A stretch of 64,000 bases of DNA. It comes from Adineta vaga (lineage: Eukaryota > Animalia > Rotifera). This document shows, piece by piece, positions 12,895 to 23,916 of this stretch. Under the pieces are notes generated by a model. It had not been told where the DNA came from, made no database searches, and saw only the letters and a list, made by a program, of their open reading frames with translations. How positions within the stretch are numbered: position 1 is the stretch's first letter; each line of letters starts with the position of its first letter. A program made the position numbers and the translations under genes. The stretch is from the NCBI GenBank assembly GCA_021613535.1, contig CP075494.1, positions 16,120,001 through 16,184,000 of the forward strand, given 5' to 3'.

Positions 12895-13426
12895 GAAGAA
12901 TCACGTTACAGTTTTTCTCCTTGTAAATTGTAAGAAAAACTATTCTGATGTTGCGCAATATTCGGTAGGAATAATCAGGTTGATTTTTTTGTAATCTCAT
13001 TGACTTTTGACACAAAAACTGTTTTACAATGACTAAAATAGGAGACGAATATTTTTACCAACAACTATGTCCAAGAGAGATGACGAATCTATAAGAGATC
13101 AGGTTTTTTCCTTTTTGATAATGCTTATGACTAGCTACAAAACCAATATCAGATTGAGAATCAGCGTTAAAAACTGAGTTGATTCATATATGTTTTAAAT
13201 AATTTAGAGAAAAAAATCCTGTATCCTCTCTTAGGGATGGTCTGACTAATAATAACAATTTTCTCGAGATATTGATGAGACAACTATATGTACAAAATTT
13301 CAGCTCAATCGAATGTAGTTGTGAAGAGTTATCATGTAAACGAACTTTTTGAATACACTAAAAAGATGTTTAACTGAAATTTTTTTAAGCAAAATTTGAG
13401 ATATAATAAGGTGATAAATCGATATT

Positions 13427-13969
13427 TTATTTTTTACTTTTATTTCTTTTTATTTTAACAATCCGATACGTAATTTGACCATTAAGAATTTTTTCATTAA
13501 ATAATGGAAGACATTTTCCAGCTTTCGAACCTAATCCAATCGATAAAGCACCATCTTCAATTTTCATTTGTTTTTCTTTTAAAAATTCCATAAAATCAAT
13601 AGGAACAGTAAATTCAACAATTGTTGTTGGATTTGTATCAGTCCATTTATTACCATTTAAATATTTATTTGCATAAATTCTTCCATTTTCACCTTCAATA
13701 ATTGCTTGATATGGTTGTGTTGATGGAAGTTGATTATTTTCAATTAAATAAAGAATTTCTTGATCACCCATTGGTCTATAAACATTTATTTTATCTTCTA
13801 ATGGAATTGATGAATATGTTTCTAACCAAATAGAAGATGAACCATCATGTGTTATATTAAATAATTGTCCATTCTCATATAATTCTAATTCATGTGGTAA
13901 TAATCTTTTTAAATAACCATTAATTGAAACAGCATTCTTTACAGATTCTTCAAATTTTTTCTCATCCAT
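13427..13969 (-). CDS. Hypothetical 180-aa protein, possible ART-like fold, intronless
   Basis: Clean ORF with an upstream TATA-like box; VYRPMGDQE..L..LP..QPY...YA.KY...TIVEF pattern. Confidence 0.7.
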   Translation of the reverse strand: MDEKKFEESVKNAVSINGYLKRLLPHELELYENGQLFNITHDGSSSIWLETYSSIPLEDKINVYRPMGDQEILYLIENNQLPSTQPYQAIIEGENGRIYANKYLNGNKWTDTNPTTIVEFTVPIDFMEFLKEKQMKIEDGALSIGLGSKAGKCLPLFNEKILNGQITYRIVKIKRNKSKK

Positions 13970-14899
13970 AAGTTTTTTTTGAAAATGATGTCTTTTTATT
14001 TCTTCTTCTCTTTATTTATATCACATGTTCTTATGCAATTCAGTGACGTTATCGATGAGTCATTATTTATTTGCTTTATTCAATCGAATATCTTTTTGAA
14101 GGAAACAATGGGGTGTGAATATTTTTGATAACAAGACGCAAATGAATAAAAATGATATTTGAGATCATCAAAAATTTCAAAAGCTAGTGATATTTCATCA
14201 TCTCTTTTTTGTTCATTCAAATAACATTTGGTCATCTTATGTTGTTTGCTATTCTATAAAATACATAAGAAAATATTCATTTGAAAATATGTTAATTGTT
14301 TTATCAGAATCATGTACGTGTTCTGTTGGTTTGAAAGTATATTCGTGTAAACATTCAGTTGATCTAGCTATATTGCGTTTAATTTATATAAAATTATAGT
14401 GAAGAAACACGTGTTCAGCCATTGGGTAAACAAAAGAGGAAGAGGACGTCCAAAAAAGGTTAAAATTAAGTAATTTCTCTAGTTTTCTTCCTCTCATATA
14501 AATATTATCATTATTTTTTGTTGTACCTTTTGAATAAACAAATATCATGAATGAATTTTGAAAATCTCCATGATCAAGAATATCTTTTTTTAGGGATCAT
14601 TTGCAACTGGTTATCAAATGTATTTTATCCCAAAAGAACGTCCTTGAATAAACATTTCATTTGTTAAACTGTTTTGAAAACAATTCCATTAAAATTATTA
14701 AACAAAATGAACATGTTTGAATACATTAAAAACGAGAAGAAGAAAAAAGAGAATACTCAAGTTTTTTTTTTATTCAAAAAAAGAGAAAAAAAGTAAATAT
14801 TCTTTTGTAATTATTATTTCAAAGTAATAATTTCTTTTTCCTTAAAAGACAAAAGAAAGTTTTTTCCTTGTAGATTTAGGTATTCTATTTGGAATAAAA

Positions 14900-16969
14900 A
14901 TGAATATTATAATTCCAATGGGTGGAATTGGAACTCGTTTTAGTAAAGAAAATTATCGTTTTCCTAAACCATTAATAAATATAATTGGTCGTCCAATGTT
15001 ATTTTGGTTATTAGATAATTTAGAAACTGAAGATAATGATATTATTTATTTAGGTTTATTAGAAAATCTTGATAAACAATTTAATTTAAGTCAAAGATTA
15101 CAAATTGAATATCCAAATAAAAAATTTGAAAAAATTTTATTAGATTTTGAAACACGTGGTGCTGTTGAAACATTATTTATTGTTTTACAATCAATGAATT
15201 CTGATCGATTACAATGTAAAACAATATCACTTGATTGTGATACGATTTATTTTCAATCAATTTTAAAACAATTTCGTTTATTATCAAATCAATTGAATAT
15301 TTCATTCTATTTTCAAGATAATGATGGAAAACCAATTTATTCGTATTTAAAATTTCATGACGATAATTCAAATTCAATTATTGATGTACGTGAAAAAATT
15401 ATGATTTCAAATAAAGCAAATACAGGTGCTTATGGTTTTCGTTCAGCACAAATTTTGAAAGATTATGCAATTCAATTATTAGATCAAGCTGTTGGTTATT
15501 CAGGAGAATATTATACAACTAACATTATGAAATTAATGTTAGAAAATCATGAAGAATTTCTTGGAATTGAAATTAAAAAAGAAAATTTTTGTTGTGTTGG
15601 AACACCTGATCAATTAAATGAATTTTTAAAATTATTAAAAGATCAAAAATCAAATTCTTTTCATATTCGTCAAATGAGATTTTGTTTTGATTTAGATAAT
15701 ACATTAGTTACTTATCCAACTATTTATGGTGATTATAATTCTGTTGAACCAATTCAAGAAAATATTCAATTAGTTAAAGAATTATATCAAGCTGGTCATT
15801 ATATTATTATTCAAACAGCAAGAAGAATGAAAACTCATCAAGGAAATATTGGTGCTGTTATTGCTGATATTGGTCATATTACTTTAAATACTTTACAAAA
15901 ATTTCAAATTCCTTATCATGAATTATTTTTTGGTAAACCATATGCGGATATTTATATTGATGATTCAGCTATTCATGCTTTAATTGATACAACAAAAGAA
16001 ATTGGTTGGTTAATTAATGATCAAGAATCGAATTTAAATAAAAAAACAAAACAAATTAAAGGCTTTATTTCATCAAGACATTTTCATACAATTGAACAAT
16101 TAGATCATTTAATTATTAAAAGTTCAACAACTTCTGATCTTGAAGGTGAAATTTATTTTTATAAAAATATTCCATTAGAAGTTGAAGATTTATTTCCAAA
16201 ATTTGATCGTATTGAAATTAATGAAGAAGCAGGAATATCTTCATTAGTTATTGAAAAAATTTCTGGAATAACTTATTCACATTTATTTACAAATTTATGT
16301 TTAACACAAGGACGTCTTTTAAAATTATTGTTTTCATTGAAACGTATTCATTTATCAAAAAAAGATCAATTGAAATCAAATATTTATTTAAATTATTCGG
16401 AAAAAATTCGTTTACGTTATGAAAAATTCAATGAAATTTATGCGAATTTAGATGAATATTTTCAAGAAACAAAACAAAATCAAATGATTAATTCAAAAGA
16501 TTTTTTAAAGAAATTTCTTAATTTTTTTGATGATTATGAAACAAATCAATATGGAAAACATAATTCAATAATACATGGTGATCCTGTATTTAGTAATATT
16601 TTATTAAAATCAAATAATGAAATTATCTTTTTAGATATGAGAGGTTTATTAGGAAAAGAACTTAGTTTAGAAGGTGATTTAAATTATGATTTATCGAAAA
16701 TTTATCAATCATTAACTGGTTATGATTTTATTTTATTAAATAAAATTGATTTTTTATCAAAATTATCAATAAAAACTTATCTTGAAGAACTTAAAAATAT
16801 TTTTCAAAATTTTCTTTTAAATGAATATTTAAATGAAATTAATTTTAAACATTTACAAATCATAACATCACAATTATATTTTACATTAATTCCATTACAT
16901 AATAATTTTCAACATCAAATTCAATTTTATCAACTTGCTTATGAACTTTATCAACAATTTTTACAATAA
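14900..16969 (+). CDS. Trifunctional NTP-sugar nucleotidyltransferase / HAD (capsule-biosynthesis-type) phosphatase / choline-aminoglycoside-type kinase, intronless
   Basis: Nucleotidyltransferase motifs IIPMGGIGTRF, PKPLI, TRGAVET, NTGAYGF, GTPDQL; HAD motifs FDLDNTL, TAR, GKPYADIYIDD; APH/ChoK kinase motifs HGDPVFSNIL, DMRG, YDLSK. Confidence 0.9.
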   Translation: MNIIIPMGGIGTRFSKENYRFPKPLINIIGRPMLFWLLDNLETEDNDIIYLGLLENLDKQFNLSQRLQIEYPNKKFEKILLDFETRGAVETLFIVLQSMNSDRLQCKTISLDCDTIYFQSILKQFRLLSNQLNISFYFQDNDGKPIYSYLKFHDDNSNSIIDVREKIMISNKANTGAYGFRSAQILKDYAIQLLDQAVGYSGEYYTTNIMKLMLENHEEFLGIEIKKENFCCVGTPDQLNEFLKLLKDQKSNSFHIRQMRFCFDLDNTLVTYPTIYGDYNSVEPIQENIQLVKELYQAGHYIIIQTARRMKTHQGNIGAVIADIGHITLNTLQKFQIPYHELFFGKPYADIYIDDSAIHALIDTTKEIGWLINDQESNLNKKTKQIKGFISSRHFHTIEQLDHLIIKSSTTSDLEGEIYFYKNIPLEVEDLFPKFDRIEINEEAGISSLVIEKISGITYSHLFTNLCLTQGRLLKLLFSLKRIHLSKKDQLKSNIYLNYSEKIRLRYEKFNEIYANLDEYFQETKQNQMINSKDFLKKFLNFFDDYETNQYGKHNSIIHGDPVFSNILLKSNNEIIFLDMRGLLGKELSLEGDLNYDLSKIYQSLTGYDFILLNKIDFLSKLSIKTYLEELKNIFQNFLLNEYLNEINFKHLQIITSQLYFTLIPLHNNFQHQIQFYQLAYELYQQFLQ

Positions 16970-17539
16970 TTTTTACTTTTCTTTGAATTTAGTTGTGTTT
17001 TTGCTTTATAATTCTAAACTAAATAAATAATACTCGTTGAGACCACTCGCTTAAGCTTTTACTGATCTGACAAATTGATTTATAGAAGAATTGTACTTCT
17101 GTGTGTGTGCATGAAAAAGATAGACATCCGATTATCAGCAAGTATATTCGAATTTTTGTTGCCAACTGATGAGTATGTATGTAACATATATCGATCAATG
17201 TATAATAAATGGAATGTTACGTCGGAAGACAGTAACTTGTTCCTCCAGTATAGTGACTCTTTGTGAAAAAGACCGAACTGTGATGTTTATCCGATGAACC
17301 ATTAGAACATTTTTCATCTGACAACTATTTTAATCTGAAGTCATGAAGATTAATTTCGTATCTCTTTCTACATATTCTAAATAACATTTGTTAAGCACAT
17401 ACATCTGTCTATTCTTATGATGAAGAATAAGATTATTTTTCTTACATTTGAAGAGATAAGTGAACGATTGTTTGGTCGTAAGCATCCATTTTCTCAATCT
17501 ATACTTTCAATTGAAGTTTAAATAAGACCACAAATTCAA

Positions 17540-17821
17540 ATGTCAAAGAATCTTCCGACGATTTATCCTCAACTTCAACCTGTTGTCGTACAACCATATA
17601 CTTCGAATGTTCATACAACTGTTGTTGTTGGAGGACGATCAAAAGATGTTCAACATTGTTGCCATTGTTTGTTATGTGTATTAACAAGTGGATTATGGGC
17701 ACCATGTTGGTTAGGAGCATGTTGTGGTTGTTGTAAGTCATTGTTTTCTTTAATATAGAGTCGAATTATTATAGTCACGAAAATTTTGTATTCTATTTTA
17801 GGCTGTGAACGACCTTGTTGA
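17540..17821 (+). CDS. Small Pro/Gln-rich, Cys-rich-tail membrane protein (CYSTM-like); 2 exons
   Basis: QPVVVQP N-terminus and HCCHCLLC..GLWAPCWLGACCGC; intron 17733-17801 gives the terminus CCERPC*. Confidence 0.75.
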
Positions 17822-18225
17822 TTTGGATGTTATACAGACAATACAACAAGATCGAAAACAATTTCTTTTTTATTCATAATCTAGAACATTTTCTATTCTA
17901 TATGTAGTTATATATGAACTTAGATTGATCACTTTTCTTTTTGAATATCTTTATTATTGAATACAACATGAAAGTTTTAATAAATATCGGTTCAAATGCA
18001 TTTTAATGACACTATATCACATTCGATTAACACATCGCACACACAATCAATGTGAGGATATCATTAAAGTGCAATTGTACCCAATTAATTCGAAATCTAG
18101 AAAATCTTATTACTTTAATTTTGTCACATCATCTCATATATTGCACGAAATAATTGACGAGAAATATACTCACAATATATCTACAATTCCTTTTTATTTT
18201 TTTTGTGTGCATCTAACAGAAACAA

Positions 18226-19182
18226 ATGTCTTCTGTAGTTAATGAAACCATTATTAGATTTACTTATCTAACTTTACGTATAAATGCCATACTCGCTCCG
18301 CCCATTTTGATTCTTGGTACAATTGGTAATTTAATTAATACTTGGATATTTACACGAAGATGTCTACGAAAAAATCCCTGTTCCATCTATTTTTGTTCAG
18401 CATCTATTGTTAGTTTGTTAACACTTTATTCTGGGTTAATGAGTCGTCTTCTCGGAGGTTATTCGATCGATTTAACAACTTGGAATCATTTTCTATGTAA
18501 ATTACGTTTCTATTTCTATTATGTAAATGTTATCCTTTTATCATGGTTTCTGGTCTTTGCCTCATTCGATCGTTATGTTTCGACATCACAATTTGTACAT
18601 TATCGAAATATAAGTTGTCGTCGGATTGCCTATCGTTTTGTACTATATTCAACAATTCTAAGCATTCTCTTTCATCTTCAAGTTTTCTACTGTTTCGTCG
18701 CCGATCGAAATCAATTTCCAGTTCAATGTTATTCGAAAGGTGAAATTTGTCGATCTTTCAATGATCTACATTTCTTAATCATCTATTCACTTCTACCTGC
18801 TATTCTAATGGCGATTTTTGGATGTCTAACAATTAAAAATGTTCATCAAATAGGAAGACGAATTGATTCGTCAGCAAATATTTCTATCTTTCGACAAAAG
18901 ACAACTCAACTTATACCAATGTTACTTGTTCAAATCTGTTTCTTTCTTATTTTTACTATCCCACTGGCTGTAACGAAATTCTATAGTACGTTAATAGTTC
19001 TTTTACATTTAGAATTAACGTCTGAAACCATCGCTCGTGAAACATTTGTTTTCAATATAACAGTTTTAATCTCATATCTTAACTGTTCAATTAGTTTCTA
19101 TGTTTATACTTTAGCTGGAAGTTTATTTCGAAAAGAATTGAAGAAAGCAATGCATCGAATTATTACTAAAATTCATCTTTAA
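18226..19182 (+). CDS. Class A orphan GPCR, intronless
   Basis: GTIGN in TM1, NPCSIYF, FLCKLR, SFDRY and FYVYTL..FRKEL motifs. Confidence 0.92.
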   Translation: MSSVVNETIIRFTYLTLRINAILAPPILILGTIGNLINTWIFTRRCLRKNPCSIYFCSASIVSLLTLYSGLMSRLLGGYSIDLTTWNHFLCKLRFYFYYVNVILLSWFLVFASFDRYVSTSQFVHYRNISCRRIAYRFVLYSTILSILFHLQVFYCFVADRNQFPVQCYSKGEICRSFNDLHFLIIYSLLPAILMAIFGCLTIKNVHQIGRRIDSSANISIFRQKTTQLIPMLLVQICFFLIFTIPLAVTKFYSTLIVLLHLELTSETIARETFVFNITVLISYLNCSISFYVYTLAGSLFRKELKKAMHRIITKIHL

Positions 19183-19248
19183 ATAATAAAATACTTCATT
19201 TTATTTTATGAAAACTTTTTCAATAATACGATTTTTAGATGAGAAAAT

Positions 19249-20703
19249 TTATTGTAGATGAATCCTATAGTTATATATGATAAGAATAGTACAAAATGCA
19301 ATCATAATGAATAAAAATATGAAATAGAGAAATTGCCGAAAACAAGTAGCAAATAAAAATGGTTGTTTTCTTCGAAAAATACCAATGTCATATGTTTGAA
19401 TCATCGAATGATTTTTCTTTCGATAAAATTGACAAGAACAATTCTTTAGTGAAAGATTTTTTACTTTTGAAGTTATTGATTTCTCATTTTTAAATAATGA
19501 AAAATTTGTCAATTGATAATTTAAACCATCATAAACTAAATAAATTAAACGTTGTTTACTTCTTTGAATAATCCATTGTTCAAATTGATCACAATGAAAT
19601 GTTCCTAACCAATGAATAAATCGAAAAATTTGAAAAATAAATTGAATAGTATAGAAATGTAAATAATCCATTTTGACTTGATCTATTCCAAGTGCATGAG
19701 ATATTTTATCTCCTAAAAGTATTTGAGAAATGCCAATATTTAATTTATATGATAATGGTAATTTTCCATGAAGATATGAAGTCATTAAAATATGATGAAC
19801 CATATGTTTTGAAATATATGTTGGAGAATAAAAATGATAGAAAATCGATTGTGAAATAATTTCTGCTAAATGATATGATGATAAATAAACAAGATATTGA
19901 TCATCAATTCCAATTAACCAACCAATATAACGCCAAAAATGTAAATAGGCTTCTTTATCATCATTAGATAAATTAATATGAAAACGATTTTCAATACAAT
20001 ATAATAAACTAAATGAAAATCCAAGTAATGTGATAAGAGAATCTTCTTGATTGATTGGAATATCATTGCGTTGAGATTTCATAATTTTATATCGAACCAT
20101 TCCATGTAAAAGACGAACACGTATGATATCAGAAAATGTTTCATCAAATTGATCAATATCTCCACAAATACTTGTTGCAATCATTTGTAATGTTTCTACT
20201 AAGCGACGATGACTTCGATTTAAATCATTTGATGAAAGATAATCTGTTTTATTTAGAACATCATTTAATTGTTGAAATCCATAACCTAATACTAATGTAT
20301 AATATAAAATTGATGTTAACATTAAGGATAAATTTTTTAAAAAGAATTTTTGACCATGTAGAATTTGTTTACGATTAAACCATGATGGTTTTTGACGAAT
20401 ATATTCATGAAATTCAATTAAACATGACGGATTTAATGGATTCTTAACGAGAAAACTTTGAAGCCATTCATAAGTATCATCACCATGTTGAAATTCTTCA
20501 CTATATTGTTGAAAGAATTGATCAATTAAAGGATCACCTTGTTTTCGCCATTGATTCAATAGAGTTGGTGAGACATGTTCGTTAGTCCAAATAAAGATTT
20601 GATCATAAAAACATATTTGTTGACCAATTATTGGTTCCAATCGATTGGATGGTCTTACTGAAACTGCATCGATCAGTTCATTGTGTGAGAAAGGACAAGA
20701 CAT
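19249..20703 (-). CDS. ER-bound oxygenase MpaB / rubber-oxygenase-like (DUF2236) protein with C-terminal TM anchor, intronless
   Basis: GDPLID, RRLVET, RVRLLHGMVR (heme His), PINQED and YLHFWRYIGWLIGI motifs. Confidence 0.85.
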   Translation of the reverse strand: MSCPFSHNELIDAVSVRPSNRLEPIIGQQICFYDQIFIWTNEHVSPTLLNQWRKQGDPLIDQFFQQYSEEFQHGDDTYEWLQSFLVKNPLNPSCLIEFHEYIRQKPSWFNRKQILHGQKFFLKNLSLMLTSILYYTLVLGYGFQQLNDVLNKTDYLSSNDLNRSHRRLVETLQMIATSICGDIDQFDETFSDIIRVRLLHGMVRYKIMKSQRNDIPINQEDSLITLLGFSFSLLYCIENRFHINLSNDDKEAYLHFWRYIGWLIGIDDQYLVYLSSYHLAEIISQSIFYHFYSPTYISKHMVHHILMTSYLHGKLPLSYKLNIGISQILLGDKISHALGIDQVKMDYLHFYTIQFIFQIFRFIHWLGTFHCDQFEQWIIQRSKQRLIYLVYDGLNYQLTNFSLFKNEKSITSKVKNLSLKNCSCQFYRKKNHSMIQTYDIGIFRRKQPFLFATCFRQFLYFIFLFIMIAFCTILIIYNYRIHLQ

Positions 20704-20970
20704 ATTGTAAATATCTCATATCTCTTCTACTCTCGATTATATTACTTCTTATTCTTTTACATAAAGAGAAAAACAATTCAGACATGTGCTTATTGTAAGC
20801 GAAAAGAAATATTTTTTCTTTTCTTTCTCCATTCACATTTATTTTCCATCGAGAGAAAATACCATCGACATACGCATTACCATTAAACAGAATAGAAATG
20901 TTTTTCCTCTATCGTGCGTTGAAAAATGGCAATAAAGAAACGCAAAAAGAGTATCAACAGTACTACTACA

Positions 20971-21025
20971 TCTTGAAGGTGTGTGTATGGTATAGGTATA
21001 TTATCTTATCCGTACACCCACACCT
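20971..21025. repeat. Telomeric-hexamer hairpin element
   Basis: tcttgaaggtgtgtgtatgg ... ccgtacacccacacct, between two divergent genes. Confidence 0.6.
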
Positions 21026-21207
21026 GCTATGTATGAAAATTTGCACATATTTGATATTATTGTTATTTTGTACGACACTCATTGCATATATTAAAAAGCA
21101 TTGAGAAAAACAAGTTTGTTTTCATCACGATTGTCTCTTATGGTAACAGATGTTGTGATGAAATTTGATTCTATGAGAAGGAAAAAAAACGAGATTTTAG
21201 TTCCATC

Positions 21208-23082
21208 ATGAATATGATTCGATCACCATGTCTTCGTCCTAAACAAACAATTGATTCAATTGAATATGAAATTGATCATTCAAAATTCTCACTTCTATTA
21301 CCATCACCATCCATTTTAATTACATTTCCATTAAAAATAACATTAAAACAAATTCAACAATTACTTTCTGTTCATTTATTCTCAACAAATGAAAATTTAC
21401 CAACTAAAATTCATTTTGAACTTGATGGAAAAATTCTAGATGAACATATTGAATTTAATTCAATAATTGAAAAAGAAAATTTAATCTTATTTATAAATAA
21501 TTCTCAATTCAAATTTCGCGAAAGTAAAAGTATTGAATTCGATATAGAAATCCTTGAGAAATTTCGTGAAAGTTTAATTAATCGTCTTCCAATTGTAAAT
21601 GGATCTCGACTTAAAACAAGTCAACATTCAATTTATCCAAATGAAAGTTTAGATTTATTATTTGATACATTAGATGGACAAATAAATTATTTAACTAAAT
21701 ATTTATTTAGTCATTTTGGTGAAAAACATCCATTTACAATTTATGATATACAAAAACAAATACATATCGAAGGAAAACAATGGAATGAATGGGAAACAGG
21801 AATTTATCGAATGCATGGTGATCAAAATGGAACAATAAATATCGCTTTAGCTTCTGATTGGTAAATTAATTTCGAAATTTTTCTTCTTCTTACTTTTGTT
21901 ATTTAAAGGGGAGCTGGAACATTGGAATCTTCACTTGTTGCTCGTGCAATGGTTAATGGTTTAGATTTAAGTTTACCACAAGAACGTGCTACATCTAATT
22001 TACCTCATTATACAATTCATTTAGGTGATATTTATTATGTTGGTTTACCAAGTGAAATCAAACATTGTTGTCTTGGAATAAAACCTGAATGGGCTGATCA
22101 AGGTGTTCGATGGCCTATTGGACAATATGGAAGTTTTACAATACCTGGAAATCATGAATTATATAGTCGAGGATTTGGTTATTGGGATTATTTTTTACCA
22201 AATCTTGGTTTATTTAATCCAACTGATTTAACAAAACCAATTCATTCACAAAAAACATCTTATTGGCTTCTTGAAAATGATCAATGGAGAATTATTGGAT
22301 TAGATACGGGTTATGATTCATTTTCATTATTAAATATCTATAATTCAGCTATTAAATTACCTGAAAAATTAATTGATTGGCTTCAAAATATTGTTGGTCT
22401 TAATCCTGAAATGAACGATAAACGTGGATTAATCTTTTTCTCTCATCATCAACTTATTAGTGCTTGGAATGAAAAACCAAATACAGGTTTGTTTTTTTCT
22501 AACATTTTCTATCATTGAAATTCATTGTGTTTTTATTTAGATTTTCCATCACAAATCGCATCGTTATTACCAGAAGGACGAACGATTTTATTTTTATGGG
22601 GTCATGAACATCGTTTAAGTTTTTATGAAAAACAAACAATAAAATTATCAAATAAAACTTTAACATTTTATGGTCGATGTTGTGGAAATTCAGGTTTTCC
22701 AACATTAGCAAAAGAACTTCCAATTAAATCTCGTGAAACAAAATTAATATTTTATGATGATCGACTTTATCATTTTCATGATAATTTATTTTTACCTGAT
22801 CTTTCATTAGGTTATAATGGATATGCAACAATGAAATTTATTAATACAAGTCAAATATCTTTAATTATTTCTTATAAAACATTAAGTTTAACAAATAATG
22901 GACAATTAACTTATGAAAATCCAACTTTACTTATTGAAGAACAATGGTCTGTTGATATTTATGGAAATGTTGTTTTAGACAAAATCGAACCAATTGATAA
23001 TCAACTTACAAAAGTTATACATTTAGATTCGAATCAAAATCAATCTACAACTAATCGATCAAGTTGTTGTACAACATTATAA
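21208..23082 (+). CDS. Calcineurin-like metallophosphoesterase with C-terminal CaaX-like motif; 3 exons
   Basis: SDWG, HLGDIYY, PGNHE, FSHH and WGHEH metal-binding motifs; introns 21861-21908 and 22487-22540 are in frame; ends SSCCTTL*. Confidence 0.9.
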
Positions 23083-23153
23083 AAATAAAATCTTTGATTG
23101 TTCATCATTTTAATTATCAATAAAATATCTTGAGGGTGAAGAAGATATACCGA

Positions 23154-23676
23154 ATTACATATCATTCTGTCGACAACATTTTGTCAACAAGTTTTTGTCG
23201 ACAGACACTTTGTCGACAAAACATATTGTCGACCGATATTTCGTCGACTAGTCGTTTCGTCAACAATCAATCTTTTGTCCTCATATGGTTGTATATTTAC
23301 TTTATCAATAAAACTAAACTCATAATCCAATTTTGCACTGAGCAAATTGATGAAAAGTGTTCCTCTTTTGGAACGTAACAAAAAAGAGATCAATGTAACT
23401 TTCTTCGTTCTAAATTACAAGTATTTTGCCACTAATTGGCTCAAGTGGTCGCTCGCTGATAGATATAGCGTCGGTCAATCGACTTCTCTTATTATATTTA
23501 CAAATTCTTCTTCACTTTCTTCTTCATTATGGCAACTCGCACGGTTACCCTCAAGTTTAGTGTGACGACAAAAGGCAAGCGGGTGGTTCTCTATGATGGA
23601 TACATTTACTCATTGAACACCAATACTGTCTCCTCTAATATTAGGCAATAAAATATCTTGTCGACGATTGATATTA
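23154..23676. mobile_element. Putative foldback/MITE-like insert with ~15-bp GTCGAC tandem repeats, nested in a telomeric hairpin
   Basis: About 7 units of GTC(G/A)AC at ~15-16 bp period (23168-23280); flanked by ataccga at 23147-23153 and 23677-23683; tcttgagggtga lies to the left and cccacaccc to the right. Confidence 0.5.
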
Positions 23677-23916
23677 ATACCGATATACCCACACCCGTAT
23701 TTTCTCACGTTTTCAACCATCATAGTCGGACTTGTCGACCTTTTTTTTAATAGTAGAGCAATATATGATTCGCTCGATATTTTATCATAAAAAATCTATT
23801 CCAATCAGATTTTTTTTATATGGGTCGATGATGATAAAAGAAAAAAGCAGATGTTAAACTTCTCAAATGAAATAAATATATAAAGAAATGATTTCACTGA
23901 ATCAAATCAATAAAAA

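Noticed and set aside
23168-23280. Regularly spaced short palindromic repeats resembling a CRISPR array
   Set aside because: Units are only ~15 bp with a 6-bp core, there are no 25-40 bp spacers or cas genes, and the context is eukaryotic
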